Shown here in pieces: positions 1 to 9,690 of a DNA stretch of 64,000 nucleotides. This stretch comes from an uncultured Verrucomicrobiae bacterium (GTDB lineage Bacteria; Verrucomicrobiota; Verrucomicrobiia; Chthoniobacterales; UBA10450). The position numbers and the translations under genes were made by a program. Within the stretch, counting starts at the first letter, position 1, and every line of letters begins with the position of its first letter. Location of the stretch: assembly GCA_963757675.1 (NCBI GenBank), contig CAVWTH010000011.1, positions 69,682-133,681 of the forward strand. The letters run 5' to 3'. The notes beneath the pieces are model-generated. The model did no database searches. It saw only the letters and a program-made list of their open reading frames with translations, and was not told the origin of the DNA.

Positions 1-1122
1 CTGAAAACCAAGCGTGCGGCCGTACCGAACGGCGCGACGTAAGATGCGACGCAGAACATAACCGCGGCCTTCGTTAGATGGGATGATTCCATCGGCAATT
101 GCGAACGATAGCGCGCGGATGTGGTCAGCTATCACGCGGAACGCAATGTCGATCTTTTCCTGCTCGTTCCGATTTTGTAGGGCGGCTGTGTCAGCCGCCG
201 TCGGCGTCTCATAGAGACGCCCTACAGTCGGAACCGTGCTCGCGTATTTTTTGCTGCTCAGTTTTTCCAGCTCGTCGAAAATCGGGCGAAAAATGTCAGT
301 CTCGTAGTTTGACGTGGTTCCCGAGAAATGGGTGAGATTCTTTGTGCCCTGGATGATTGCGGTCACGCGCTCGAAACCCATTCCAGTATCGACATGACGC
401 TGTGGGAGCGGCACAAATTCCATGCGGCCGGGGTCTCCGCCCCCGGCTACAGGTTGCGCGTTGAACTGGATGAAGACGAGATTCCAAATCTCGATGCAGC
501 GCGGGTCGCCCTCGTTCACGAGCGCGCCGCGCGTGTCGCCATCTGGTGTGAGATCGACATGCACTTCCGAGCACGGTCCGCACGGGCCGGTATCGCCCAT
601 CATCCAGAAATTGTCGGCCTTGCCGCTGCTCAGAACGTGGACGTTTGGATCGAGATCGGCTTCGCGGAACAAATGCGCCCAGTGATCGTAGGCTTCCTGG
701 TCGAACTCGCTCGGTTCGCCGGGTCCGGGCTTGTAAACGGTCGCATAAAGCCGTTGCGGCGGAAATTTCCAGCGTTCGACGAGTAATTCCCAGGCCCATT
801 CTATTGCTTCCTTTTTGAAATAATCGCCGAAGCTCCAGTTGCCGAGCATCTCAAAAAAGGTGTGGTGATACGTATCGAGTCCGACGTCTTCGAGGTCGTT
901 ATGTTTCCCGCCGGCGCGAATACATTTTTGCGTATCGACGACGCGCGGCGGATTCCAGGATGGCTTCTGTTGCCCGAGAAAAATCGGCACGAACTGGTTC
1001 ATGCCGGCATTCGTGAAAAGCAGGTTCGGCGCGTCAGGCAAAAGCAACGACGAAGGCACAATCGTGTGCTGTTTCTGGCGAAAGAAATCGAGAAATGATT
1101 GCCGGATTTTAGCCGAGGTCAT
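1..1122 (-). CDS. alaS: alanine--tRNA ligase, N-terminal ~374 codons (gene continues past window start)
   Basis: Not in the ORF track because it has no stop in the window. Reverse complement from ATG 1122-1120 reads [69 protein letters not shown], open to position 1. These are class II AlaRS catalytic-core motifs. Confidence 0.93.
   Translation of the reverse strand, partial: MTSAKIRQSFLDFFRQKQHTIVPSSLLLPDAPNLLFTNAGMNQFVPIFLGQQKPSWNPPRVVDTQKCIRAGGKHNDLEDVGLDTYHHTFFEMLGNWSFGDYFKKEAIEWAWELLVERWKFPPQRLYATVYKPGPGEPSEFDQEAYDHWAHLFREADLDPNVHVLSSGKADNFWMMGDTGPCGPCSEVHVDLTPDGDTRGALVNEGDPRCIEIWNLVFIQFNAQPVAGGGDPGRMEFVPLPQRHVDTGMGFERVTAIIQGTKNLTHFSGTTSNYETDIFRPIFDELEKLSSKKYASTVPTVGRLYETPTAADTAALQNRNEQEKIDIAFRVIADHIRALSFAIADGIIPSNEGRGYVLRRILRRAVRYGRTLGFQ
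176..226. repeat. TGTAG-type REP doublet (REPIN-like), 51 nt, in frame inside alaS
   Basis: TGTAG-GGCGGCTG-TGT-CAGCCGCC-GT-C-GGCGTCTC-ATA-GAGACGCC-CTACA. Two perfect 8-bp hairpins sit between inverted TGTAG/CTACA. Translated on the minus strand as [18 protein letters not shown]. Confidence 0.8.
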
Positions 1123-1164
1123 AGTTAACGAAGAATAAACACGAACTTCTGGAAAGCTGAAATA

Positions 1165-1207
1165 GGCAGGCAAGATGCCCGCCAACCCCACAGCCAAGAT
1201 GGCTGTG
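1165..1207 (-). terminator. tandem stem-loops between recA stop and alaS start (possible recA terminator or degenerate REP pair)
   Basis: GGCAGGC-AAGAT-GCCCGCC (one mismatch) and CACAGCC-AAGAT-GGCTGTG (perfect 7 bp) share the same loop. There is no clean U-tract. Confidence 0.4.
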
Positions 1208-1215
1208 CCACGAAG

Positions 1216-2253
1216 CTAGCTTTTCTCTTCGTCCAGCTTCGATTTGACGATCGCCTCGATTTCGTCGTAAAGCGCCTTGTCGTTCTTCAGAGCTTCCTTC
1301 GCAGCGTCCCGGCCCTGGGCAAGCTGCGTCCCCTTGTAATTCAACCAGGAACCCCGCTTTTCGATGACTTGTTGTTCTAACGCGACATCTAGAAGAGCGC
1401 CGACTGACGAAATTCCCTCGTTGTACATGATGTCGAACTCGGCCTCGGCAAAGGGCGGCGCGACCTTGTTCTTTACCACCTTGACGCGTGTGCGATTCCC
1501 TGTGACCACGCCATCGGTCTGCTTAATTGCACCGATCCTGCGGATATCGACGCGCATGCTGGCGTAAAACTTTAAAGCTTTGCCGCCGGGAGTGGTTTCC
1601 GGGTTTCCAAACATCACTCCAATTTTTTCGCGGATTTGATTCGTGAAAATGCAGCATGTCCGCGCCTTTGAGATTAGCGAGGTAAGTTTGCGCAACGCCG
1701 CGCTCATCAGGCGCGCTTGCGCACCGACTGTCGTGTCCCCTATCTCGCCCTCGAGTTCCGCTCGGGTGACCAGCGCCGCCACCGAATCCAAGACGATTAC
1801 GTCCAGAGCGTTGGACCGGATAAGCGTCTCGCAAATGCGCAGCGCTTCCTCGCCGGAGCTTGGCTGTGAGACAAGCAAATCGTCGAGATTGACTCCTAGT
1901 CTTTTTGCGTAACCGGGATCGAGCGCGTGCTCGACGTCGATAAACGCCGCGAGACCGCCGCGCTTTTGCGCCTGAGCAATGACCGTGAGCGCAAGCGTTG
2001 TTTTACCAGACGATTCAGGGCCGAAAATTTCGACTACTCGTCCGCGCGGAAATCCACCCACTCCGAGCGCGCGATCGATCAAAATATTCCCAGTCGGAAT
2101 AACGTCGATATCGACAATTTTATCCCCGCCCAAACGCATGATCGCCCCTTCGCCGTAGTCCTTGGCGATCTGTTGGATCGCCAGATCGAGATTCTTATTT
2201 CGTGCAGCGTTCAGTTTGTCACCGGCTGTTTTTTCTTCGCTCTTCGTCGCCAT
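1216..2253 (-). CDS. recA: recombinase RecA
   Basis: ORF 1216..2298. Contains [13 protein letters not shown] (Walker A), [21 protein letters not shown] and [19 protein letters not shown]. Start placed at the internal MATKSEEK (ATG at 2253). Confidence 0.95.
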   Translation of the reverse strand: MATKSEEKTAGDKLNAARNKNLDLAIQQIAKDYGEGAIMRLGGDKIVDIDVIPTGNILIDRALGVGGFPRGRVVEIFGPESSGKTTLALTVIAQAQKRGGLAAFIDVEHALDPGYAKRLGVNLDDLLVSQPSSGEEALRICETLIRSNALDVIVLDSVAALVTRAELEGEIGDTTVGAQARLMSAALRKLTSLISKARTCCIFTNQIREKIGVMFGNPETTPGGKALKFYASMRVDIRRIGAIKQTDGVVTGNRTRVKVVKNKVAPPFAEAEFDIMYNEGISSVGALLDVALEQQVIEKRGSWLNYKGTQLAQGRDAAKEALKNDKALYDEIEAIVKSKLDEEKS

Positions 2254-2383
2254 ATCAGAAAACTCTAAGTACGATGCAGCCGGCGATTCGCCAAGCACAA
2301 AAGCGAACCACCGTCCCCTGGCCCCGACGAAAAAGGCCGCGAGCTTCGCGCTCGCGGCCTGGAATTTTCGACGTTCCTGATCT

Positions 2384-2755
2384 TTAAGACACTGTGATCT
2401 TGCGCGGCTTGACGTGCTCGGCTTTCGGCAGTGTCAACGTCATAAGGCCCTGGTCGATTTTCGCGCTGATTTTGTTCGCGTCGATCGATGGATCCAGCTC
2501 GAATGTGCGCCGGAAGTTTTCCGGACGCGATTCGCGATGAATCGCTGTCCCTTCCGCAGCAGGAACCGAACGCCGTCCAACGATTGTCAGCTCGTGGTTC
2601 TCGACCGAAATGTCGAGGCCGTCTTTTTTCACGCCAGGCATCTCGATCTCGAGCATATAACCGTCGGCGGTATCAGTAACGTTGGCTGGCGGCGTAATAA
2701 ACTGCTCCGCCTGCGCGCGATCAGCGTCGCGGGTTTCACGGGTTAAAGTGTTCAT
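2384..2755 (-). CDS. Hsp20/alpha-crystallin family small heat-shock protein
   Basis: [52 protein letters not shown]. This is the alpha-crystallin domain pattern. Confidence 0.88.
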   Translation of the reverse strand: MNTLTRETRDADRAQAEQFITPPANVTDTADGYMLEIEMPGVKKDGLDISVENHELTIVGRRSVPAAEGTAIHRESRPENFRRTFELDPSIDANKISAKIDQGLMTLTLPKAEHVKPRKITVS

Positions 2756-2780
2756 AGTAAAAAATTCCTTTCAGTTCGGA

Positions 2781-3242
2781 TTAGCTAACGTGGATTTGTT
2801 TTGGTTTGGCTTCTTCAGCTTTCGGCAATGTCACCTTCAGAATTCCATCCTGATAGGTGGCACTGACTTTACCGGCATCCACGCGGGTCGGAAGTGAGAT
2901 GCTGCGGCGAAATGTGCCGAAGTAACGCTCTGTGCGCTCGGCTTTTTCGCCGTTAGTGCTCTCGCGTTTGCGCTCGCCGCTGATCGTCAATGTTCCGTCA
3001 TGCAAGGAAACATCGACGTCTTCCTTACGCATTCCTGGCAACTCGACTACCGCGACCAGATGATCGCCACTCTCGTAAAGGTCGAGTGCGGGCGACCAGC
3101 CGGTAAACAGTTGCCCGGTGCGTCCGAAACTCGACGAAAACGGCAGCTCAAAGAACGAGTTAAGCTCGTCCCGCAGATTGCTCCAGCGATCCAACGTCGG
3201 CCATGACGTTCCATCAGGAGCGTGATAACGAATTAGATTCAT
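2781..3242 (-). CDS. Hsp20/alpha-crystallin family small heat-shock protein
   Basis: WSPALDLYESGDHLVAVVELPGMRKEDVDVSLHDGTLTISGERK..GTFRRSISLP..YQDGILKVTLPK. Confidence 0.9.
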   Translation of the reverse strand: MNLIRYHAPDGTSWPTLDRWSNLRDELNSFFELPFSSSFGRTGQLFTGWSPALDLYESGDHLVAVVELPGMRKEDVDVSLHDGTLTISGERKRESTNGEKAERTERYFGTFRRSISLPTRVDAGKVSATYQDGILKVTLPKAEEAKPKQIHVS

Positions 3243-3518
3243 AGTTTAAATTTCCTTTCTTGAAATTGAGGATTGCACTTCAAGAACTGTACTAGCGCCC
3301 CGCGTGCCAGAAACATTCCCGGCAAAGCCTTCGGATAAACGCACTGTTTCCAACGGTTTACCTCGAATCCGTTGCAAAGCGCTTGATGATGATGCTGGTC
3401 TAATCTGACACAGCCGAAGCATGGATACTCCAAACATCGAGACAAAATTTCACTGTGCCGGTAGTGGTCGATCTAGCGTCTTGACAGTTCAATCAGCGAA
3501 CGGCTAACGATCAATCGG

Positions 3519-4189
3519 ATGAATCTTCCTGATGATGCCCGCCGCGAACTCGATTCCGTCGTGATAAGCGTCGAACTGACTCTCGTCAGCATCATTCAAG
3601 GCGTGGCGCTGTTTTTTCTGACGGACAGCGCTCGCGTGCTTCTGTCGATGCGACACGCCAATGCGTTTATCTACATCGCGGGCGGATTATTCGTGATCTT
3701 CATCTTTTGGTCGCGCTCGGTGATTCACACGCTCACATTAATTCGCTGGCCGCTGGAGTTCGGTCACAACTTCTTCTACATCGCATGCGCGCTGGGCGAG
3801 GCGATTCTTTTCAGTCGCCTGGACAATCCTCTTGCCGGTTCCGATTAAGCGCCGCCTACGCAGGGATTGTCTGGCTGCTTTTCATTTACGATATGCGGCT
3901 GATTCGCGCGCGCATTGTTGAATCAGGCGACGATTCCGAGCGCGCCCTTTACCGCCGCGCCAGATCCGATCAGCTGCTCAATATTCGTGTGCTTGTTCCG
4001 CTACTTTTTTTATTCAATCTCGCGTGTGCATTCGCCATTTGGCGCTGGCCTGATTTGTTCATCGCTCGCTCCGGTCATCTTTGGTTAATTAGCACGCAAA
4101 TGGTCTTGTTCGTCGGGTACCTGATTTATACGGGCCGTTACTTCAGTGCGATTGCTCCGCTCGTTCTGCGGAGCCGGCGATCAGCCTAA
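3519..4189 (+). pseudogene. multi-pass membrane protein of unknown function, split by an apparent 1-nt frame change
   Basis: ORFs 3519..3848 and 3707..4189 are hydrophobic halves that join smoothly (..FSRLDNPLA / FRLSAAYAGIVWLLFIY..) if one base is restored near 3833-3845. Confidence 0.5.
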
Positions 4190-4204
4190 CTTGCAGGGAC
4201 ATTC

Positions 4205-5698
4205 ATGAAGCGAGCTGTAGATTTTCGCCGAGATTTTTGGTGGATAATTGTCTTTTCGTTGTTTGCCGCGCTGCGCGTTCTTGTCTTCGCTGCGGCGTTT
4301 CCCTTCTTTAACAACGTAGATGAACGCCGCCACTTCGATCTGGTGATTAAATACGCCGCTGGCCACGTGCCGCGAAGCACGGAACTGATCTCGCCAACAA
4401 CGCTGCCTTACCTTTCCCATTACGCGTCGCCGGAGTTTCTTTCGGCGCCGGAAGATTTTGAGGGCGGCTACTATGGACCGATGTGGAAACATCCTCTCGA
4501 AGAAGTCGCCCCGACGATCGCAAAGATCGAAGAGATCTGGGGCCGCACGCCCAACCAGGAATCCTCGCAATCGCCGCTGTATTACCTCACGGCCGGCGTC
4601 TGGTTCCACATTGGCCAATGGATCGGCCTGAAAAACGGTAGCGCGCTCTACTGGGTGCGATTTCTCAACGTCGCTTTCGTCGCCGCCCTGGTGTGGCTGG
4701 CCTACGCGGCGGCGCGAATGATCTTTCCCCATCAAGTTGCGTTGCGGCTCGGCGTTCCACTTCTAGTCGCCGCCGTGCCGCAAGACGCATTTTACGGAAT
4801 CAGCAACGACGTCCTTTCACCAATTTGTTTCGGACTCACGTTCATCTGCCTGGTTCAATGGTTTTTCGAAGACTACCCGAGCGTCTCTCTCGGGGTTGCA
4901 ACCGGTTTGTCGATTGCCGCGGCGTATCTTACCAAGCTCAGCAATTTGCCGCTGATTCTCGTCGCAATTGGCGCGGTTTTGTGGTGGTGCATCGCGAGAG
5001 CTCGATCGGGAAAGCTGCGCGGTGCCATGCCCGCTCTCGGTGCGCTTGCATCCTGTGCTGCCACTCCAATCCTCGGCTGGCTCATCTGGATGAAAGCGCA
5101 TTTCGGCGATTTCACCGGCGCTACCTCGAAAGCGCAATTGCTCGGGTGGACAGCAAAACCGTTCTCCGAGTGGTGGTCTCATCCAATTTTCACCGCTTCG
5201 GGGATGTGGACATTCGTTTCCGAACTAATCGCCAGCTTCTGGCGTGGGGAATTCATGTGGCACGCCCGCACCATTGCTTTCCCGGTAATGGATTGGTTTT
5301 ACGTCTTGTCCTCGCTTGGACTGATTTCGGTTGCCGTCATTTCACTCTTGCGCCGAGGAGATGACATCACCGGGAAAGGGCAGCGTCGCGCGCTTTGGAT
5401 CGCAGCGGCGTGCGTTACCGCCACGATCGTGTTCCTCGGGGTCCTATCGCTGCAATTCGATTTCGGTCGCTGCATCAACCCCTCGCGCGAGCGGCCTTAC
5501 TTTTTTCAGGGCCGCCTCATGCTTGGAGCGCTGATTCCGTTTGCGACGCTTTATGTTTACGGGTTGAACCGCCTGCTGCAGGCCCGCTCTAGCCTTGTGC
5601 TCGGAGCCGTTGGCGCAATCGCGATCATGATCAGCGTTTCGGATTTCTTAGCGAACCGTGTCGCCTTCACCAGCGCTTACAATTGGTTCCACATGTGA
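4205..5698 (+). CDS. large polytopic membrane protein, GT-C-like (ArnT/PMT/DUF2142-like) putative glycosyltransferase
   Basis: 497 aa with more than 10 predicted TM helices. The first periplasmic loop carries NNVDERRHFD, an acidic motif typical of GT-C enzymes. Family assignment is from memory only. Confidence 0.4.
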   Translation: MKRAVDFRRDFWWIIVFSLFAALRVLVFAAAFPFFNNVDERRHFDLVIKYAAGHVPRSTELISPTTLPYLSHYASPEFLSAPEDFEGGYYGPMWKHPLEEVAPTIAKIEEIWGRTPNQESSQSPLYYLTAGVWFHIGQWIGLKNGSALYWVRFLNVAFVAALVWLAYAAARMIFPHQVALRLGVPLLVAAVPQDAFYGISNDVLSPICFGLTFICLVQWFFEDYPSVSLGVATGLSIAAAYLTKLSNLPLILVAIGAVLWWCIARARSGKLRGAMPALGALASCAATPILGWLIWMKAHFGDFTGATSKAQLLGWTAKPFSEWWSHPIFTASGMWTFVSELIASFWRGEFMWHARTIAFPVMDWFYVLSSLGLISVAVISLLRRGDDITGKGQRRALWIAAACVTATIVFLGVLSLQFDFGRCINPSRERPYFFQGRLMLGALIPFATLYVYGLNRLLQARSSLVLGAVGAIAIMISVSDFLANRVAFTSAYNWFHM

Positions 5699-6802
5699 AG
5701 GTATTTCAAGTTTGCTGTCGAGATAAACGACCACAAATGCGATACCCAGCAACGGCTGGAGAATTCTTTGGACCACGCCCAGAACAAAAGCAGTAACATC
5801 AAAGCCGGCGGCTTGCTGTGCCTCAGTCATTTGTTGCAGAAGTGCCTGCGGGTCCTGTGTCTTTAGCAATTCATTGGAAAAATGCTGCAGCGTTCCCCAT
5901 TGTGCCGCGAGAGTGATCGCCAATACGAAGGCGAACCAGATCGACGCGATAAATGCACCGCGCCATATGGGTCGTTGAAACCACGGAAGATCCCGCCCGC
6001 TGCGCGCGAGATCCCGGCTCTCACGCAATGAATCGATGAATCCTGCGTTCTCGAGAACGGCAAACTGCTGCCAGAACAGAACGTTCGCGAAAAAACGGCT
6101 GAACATCCAGACCTGCAGGATGAGCAAACCCATCGCGACAAGGGCCACCAACACTGAGGACGCCCCGGCAAGAGCCATCGCAGCAATCAGCAATCCGAAG
6201 ATCATGAGCAGGAAGAACACGCCGTAAACGAATATGCACAGCGCCGCGACGCGCGGCCAAAACTTGACCGCTCGATTGAGGACAGCGACCAGGCCGGGTC
6301 GATTTCCCCGCGCAATTTCCGCGGTGAGGACTTGAATTCCAGCGATGTACACCGGCCACATCACAACCGAGAGGATGAACGTGAGAAAGGCAAAGCCTGC
6401 GCCAATGACCGAGCGGAGATCGACATTAGAGCCCTGTGGCGGTTGCACGAACGCCGTCGTTAACTGGCTGCATATCGACGGCAACAAGATCAGCAGTGTG
6501 AGGCCAACGAATTGCAAAAAACCTGTCCGGTAGATCTGAAATGTCTGCGCTAAAATCTGGGTAAAGCTGCGATGCGAGATTTGCAGAGGCGGTTGTGTCA
6601 ATCGTTGGGGGCTCGCCACCTCGAGCACCTCTACATCAAAGAGCCCCGGAATTTCCGCTGCTGTTGTCCAAAGATCAATGTTGTCGCGGCGCGCTTCATT
6701 AGCCGGAAGCAATCGGCCCTCTGCTTTCCACTCGCGGAGAGTCTCGATGTCTGCCGGGCCGTATTCCCTGCCCTGCACGCGCACGATCCATTCTTCGGTC
6801 AT
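5648..6802 (-). CDS. GYF-domain (DUF4339-like) N-terminus fused to a polytopic membrane domain
   Basis: MTEEWIVRVQGREYGPADIETLREWKAEGRLLPANEARRDNIDLWTTAAEIPGLF followed by about 6 TM helices. Start moved to ATG 6802. The 3' end overlaps the convergent 4205..5698 gene by 51 nt. Confidence 0.55.
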   Translation of the reverse strand: MTEEWIVRVQGREYGPADIETLREWKAEGRLLPANEARRDNIDLWTTAAEIPGLFDVEVLEVASPQRLTQPPLQISHRSFTQILAQTFQIYRTGFLQFVGLTLLILLPSICSQLTTAFVQPPQGSNVDLRSVIGAGFAFLTFILSVVMWPVYIAGIQVLTAEIARGNRPGLVAVLNRAVKFWPRVAALCIFVYGVFFLLMIFGLLIAAMALAGASSVLVALVAMGLLILQVWMFSRFFANVLFWQQFAVLENAGFIDSLRESRDLARSGRDLPWFQRPIWRGAFIASIWFAFVLAITLAAQWGTLQHFSNELLKTQDPQALLQQMTEAQQAAGFDVTAFVLGVVQRILQPLLGIAFVVVYLDSKLEIPSHVEPIVSAGEGDTVR

Positions 6803-6852
6803 TCCTTGATCATCCAGCATGATGCATTCAGAATCCAGCATCAGCCTTTGCA

Positions 6853-7764
6853 ATGAAACTGCTGCTTATCGACGGTCATTACTACGTTTACCGCTCGTTT
6901 TTTGCTATCCCGAATTTGTCGAATTCCCGAGGCGAACCCACCAACGCTATCTTCGGGTTCACGAAAACGCTGCGGCTAATGGTGAAACATTTGCAACCTG
7001 ACCTGGGCGCAGTGATCTGGGACGAAGGCGTGCCGCAGAGGCGAGTGGAGCTGCAACCTGCCTACAAAGAAACGCGCAAGGAAATGCCTAAACCGATGAT
7101 CCCGCAGCTCGAGTTTATTCAAGAGCTTACCCCTTTGCTGGGCTTCCGAAATATTTCGCTTCCGGATACGGAGGCCGATGACCTGATAGGTTGCTACTCT
7201 ATCGCGGCCTGCAAACGGCCCGGTATGGAAGTCGTGCTCGCAACCAACGACAAAGATTTATTTCAACTCATCGGCCCTCTCGTGAAAGTCTACACCACAG
7301 CGAAAGCGGACCTGGCATCGCCCAAAGATGCATTCGCGTTGCTGGGTGAGGACCAGGCTACCGCAAAATGGGATGTCCCGCCCGCTCTGATCGGCGATGT
7401 GCTCGCCTTGACCGGCGATTCTGTCGATAACATCCCCGGAATCGGAATAGGCCGTAAGAGTGCCGCCGCTTTGATTCGCGAATTTGGTGGTCTGGAAGGC
7501 TTACTGAACAACGTTGACAAGGTGAAGAGCCCGCGCACACGGGAGAAACTGGCGAACGCTCGCGAACAGATTTTGCAAAACCGAAAAATGGTCGATTTGG
7601 ACTGCGAGATGGAATTGCCCGTGGCCATCGATGAACTGCGAATCAAGCCCGATTATCCAGCCCTGATAGCAACCTTGGAAAAATGTGAGTTTAAGTCGCT
7701 TCTGCAGGAGGTGCGCGACGAAGCAGCCCAAGTTGCGAGCCTTGTGCAGACAAATCTTCTGTAA
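6853..7764 (+). CDS. stand-alone 5'-3' exonuclease (Pol I N-terminal/FEN-like domain)
   Basis: MKLLLIDGHYYVYRSFFA..TNAIFGF..TEADDLIG..ATNDKDLFQL..LTGDSVDNIPGIGIGRKSAAALI. No polymerase domain follows. Confidence 0.88.
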   Translation: MKLLLIDGHYYVYRSFFAIPNLSNSRGEPTNAIFGFTKTLRLMVKHLQPDLGAVIWDEGVPQRRVELQPAYKETRKEMPKPMIPQLEFIQELTPLLGFRNISLPDTEADDLIGCYSIAACKRPGMEVVLATNDKDLFQLIGPLVKVYTTAKADLASPKDAFALLGEDQATAKWDVPPALIGDVLALTGDSVDNIPGIGIGRKSAAALIREFGGLEGLLNNVDKVKSPRTREKLANAREQILQNRKMVDLDCEMELPVAIDELRIKPDYPALIATLEKCEFKSLLQEVRDEAAQVASLVQTNLL

Positions 7765-8136
7765 GAACAAGGGCAGGTTTCTGTGTTTCATGTCTTGGAC
7801 CCAGGATGGGGCGGTTCAGCGCGTATTGGCCTCAGGAATGCCGGAGGTTTCACCAGACACGAATTTTTGGTAAAAAAGTTCGAACGGGCGCCACTGCAGG
7901 CTGTCGAATGTACCAGGTTAAGGCGATTCGGGCGGTTGCACGAGTTCTTCTGGAAGTGTTTCTCCTTAGCGTGCGCTGCCCGAATCAATTTTTGTACGAC
8001 GGTGGCTGGAGAAGCAGAAGGCCGCCGATTCCGGGGCCGGCTTGTTGGGATATTCCAAGCGTAGCAAGCGTCGACTAAGTGGCTGTTTGATAGACGGGCT
8101 TGAACTTTGCTCGTATCATGCGGCTTATGCTCCTCC

Positions 8137-8985
8137 ATGAAGCCTGACGATTACGACCCAATTACTGCTGCGTTAAAAGAAGATATTGGGCACGGCGACA
8201 TCACGACCGAGTTTTTCGTGCCCGAAGCGCTGCACGCAACCGGACGCATCGTTGTGCATGAACCGGCGATCGTTGCAGGGACTGCGACCGCAGCGGAGGT
8301 TTTTAAAACGGTCGATTCTGCGACTGATGTCCAGGCCGTTCACTCGGATGGCGACGCTGTGGTTGCCGGCGACGTTGTCATAGAACTGCGGGGCCGTGCG
8401 CGTTCGATTCTCAAGGCCGAGCGCGTTGCTCTAAATTTTCTTCAACGCCTCTGCGGCGTCGCAACGCTCACCCGCCAGTTTGTCGACGCCGTAGGAAATC
8501 ATCCGGCTAAAATACTGGATACACGCAAGACGACTCCTGGGCTGCGCGCATTGCAAAAGGCCGCTGTAGCCGCAGGTGGTGGCATCAACCACCGTTCCGG
8601 CCTGTACGATATGGTTCTTGTGAAGGATAATCACCTCGCTGCGTTCGGAGGGCTTTCCGGGTTTGCCGATCAAATTCGCCGCCTTCGGAAGGAACGGCCG
8701 AACATTCGCATCGAAGTGGAGGCTGACAATTTGGAGCAGGTGCGTGCTTTTGTCGAGATTGACGGCATAGACGTTATCCTGCTGGATAACATGGAGCCGG
8801 CTCAAATCCGGGAAGCTCTGGCGCTGAGGAGGAATAACATCAAGTTCGAAGCAAGCGGCGGCATCACGCTGAAAACCGTCCGCCGCATCGCAGCCACGGG
8901 CGTCGATTACATTTCCGTCGGCGCGCTAAGCAACGCCGCACCTGCGATTGATCTCGGGCTGGAAATAACTCATGTCAACGGCTGA
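8137..8985 (+). CDS. nadC: nicotinate-nucleotide diphosphorylase (carboxylating)
   Basis: DIGHGDITT..AGTATAAEVF..ERVALNFLQRLCGVAT..ILDTRKTTPGLR..VKDNH..EVEADNLEQV..ILLDNM..ASGGIT. ATG at 8137 is preferred over the TTG at 8107. Confidence 0.92.
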   Translation: MKPDDYDPITAALKEDIGHGDITTEFFVPEALHATGRIVVHEPAIVAGTATAAEVFKTVDSATDVQAVHSDGDAVVAGDVVIELRGRARSILKAERVALNFLQRLCGVATLTRQFVDAVGNHPAKILDTRKTTPGLRALQKAAVAAGGGINHRSGLYDMVLVKDNHLAAFGGLSGFADQIRRLRKERPNIRIEVEADNLEQVRAFVEIDGIDVILLDNMEPAQIREALALRRNNIKFEASGGITLKTVRRIAATGVDYISVGALSNAAPAIDLGLEITHVNG

Positions 8986-9601
8986 GAAGTTGGACTGGCT
9001 GATCGCTGATCAACTCAAAGCCGAACTCACCGGGGCGGTCGTCATCGGCCGGGAGATCATCGTGCTCAAAGAAACCGGTTCTACCAACGATGCTATTTTG
9101 CAGTTCTCGTCGACACACCTTCCGCCGCCCGTGCTCGAGGGTTTAGTTCTTTTCGCCGAACATCAAACCACCGGACGCGGTCAGCGCGGCAACCACTGGG
9201 AATCAACAAGGGGAAAAGGGCTTTGGTTTTCGATTCTGTTACGACCCGAGATCCAGCTTCGCGATTCGGGGCGGCTCACGATTTGGGCAGTCGAAGCGAT
9301 CTCTGATGCCATTCGCGCGGAATTCGGCGTGGCGCCAGTGATTAAGTTGCCTAACGACATTCAGCTTTTTGGACGCAAAGTAGGCGGTGTGCTCGTGGAA
9401 ATGCGCGCACAAAAGAACGAGTCACATTTGGCTGTAGTCGGCGTCGGAATTAACGTGAACCAATCCCGCGACGATCTTCCTGTCGAACTCCAGGACAGGG
9501 CCATTTCCCTCGCAATGGCATTAGGCCGAGCCGTTGATCGCCAGAAATTCGCCGTCGCGCTTCTACGGAATCTGGATCTCACGTATTGCGAAAAGTTCTG
9601 A
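8972..9601 (+). CDS. birA: biotin--[acetyl-CoA-carboxylase] ligase
   Basis: ETGSTNDAI..AEHQTTGRGQRGNHWES..GKGLWFSILLRP..KLPNDI..GRKVGGVLVEM. Confidence 0.85.
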   Translation: MSTAEKLDWLIADQLKAELTGAVVIGREIIVLKETGSTNDAILQFSSTHLPPPVLEGLVLFAEHQTTGRGQRGNHWESTRGKGLWFSILLRPEIQLRDSGRLTIWAVEAISDAIRAEFGVAPVIKLPNDIQLFGRKVGGVLVEMRAQKNESHLAVVGVGINVNQSRDDLPVELQDRAISLAMALGRAVDRQKFAVALLRNLDLTYCEKF

Positions 9602-9610
9602 AGCGCGGGC

Positions 9611-9684
9611 TGTAGCCGAGGGCGCTGACCTCGGCTCACTCAAAGGAACGCATACTGAGCGGGCCAGCGACGCCCGCGGCTACA
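9611..9684. repeat. TGTAGCCG-type REP doublet (REPIN-like), 74 nt
   Basis: TGTAGCCGAGG-GCGCTGA-CCTCGGCT, about 25 nt of spacer, then ..CCCGCGGCTACA in inverted orientation. Lies between the convergent birA and 9691 genes. Confidence 0.7.
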
Positions 9685-9690
9685 AGTCGT

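Noticed and set aside
7765-8136. 372-nt gap between the exonuclease gene and nadC as a possible ncRNA or missed gene
   Set aside because: None of the six frames gives a recognisable protein, even allowing for frame breaks. I see only one modest hairpin (CGGGC..GCACG/CGTGC..GCCCG at about 7928-7981), no terminator and no match to the SRP, 6S or tmRNA cores. The evidence is insufficient to call anything.
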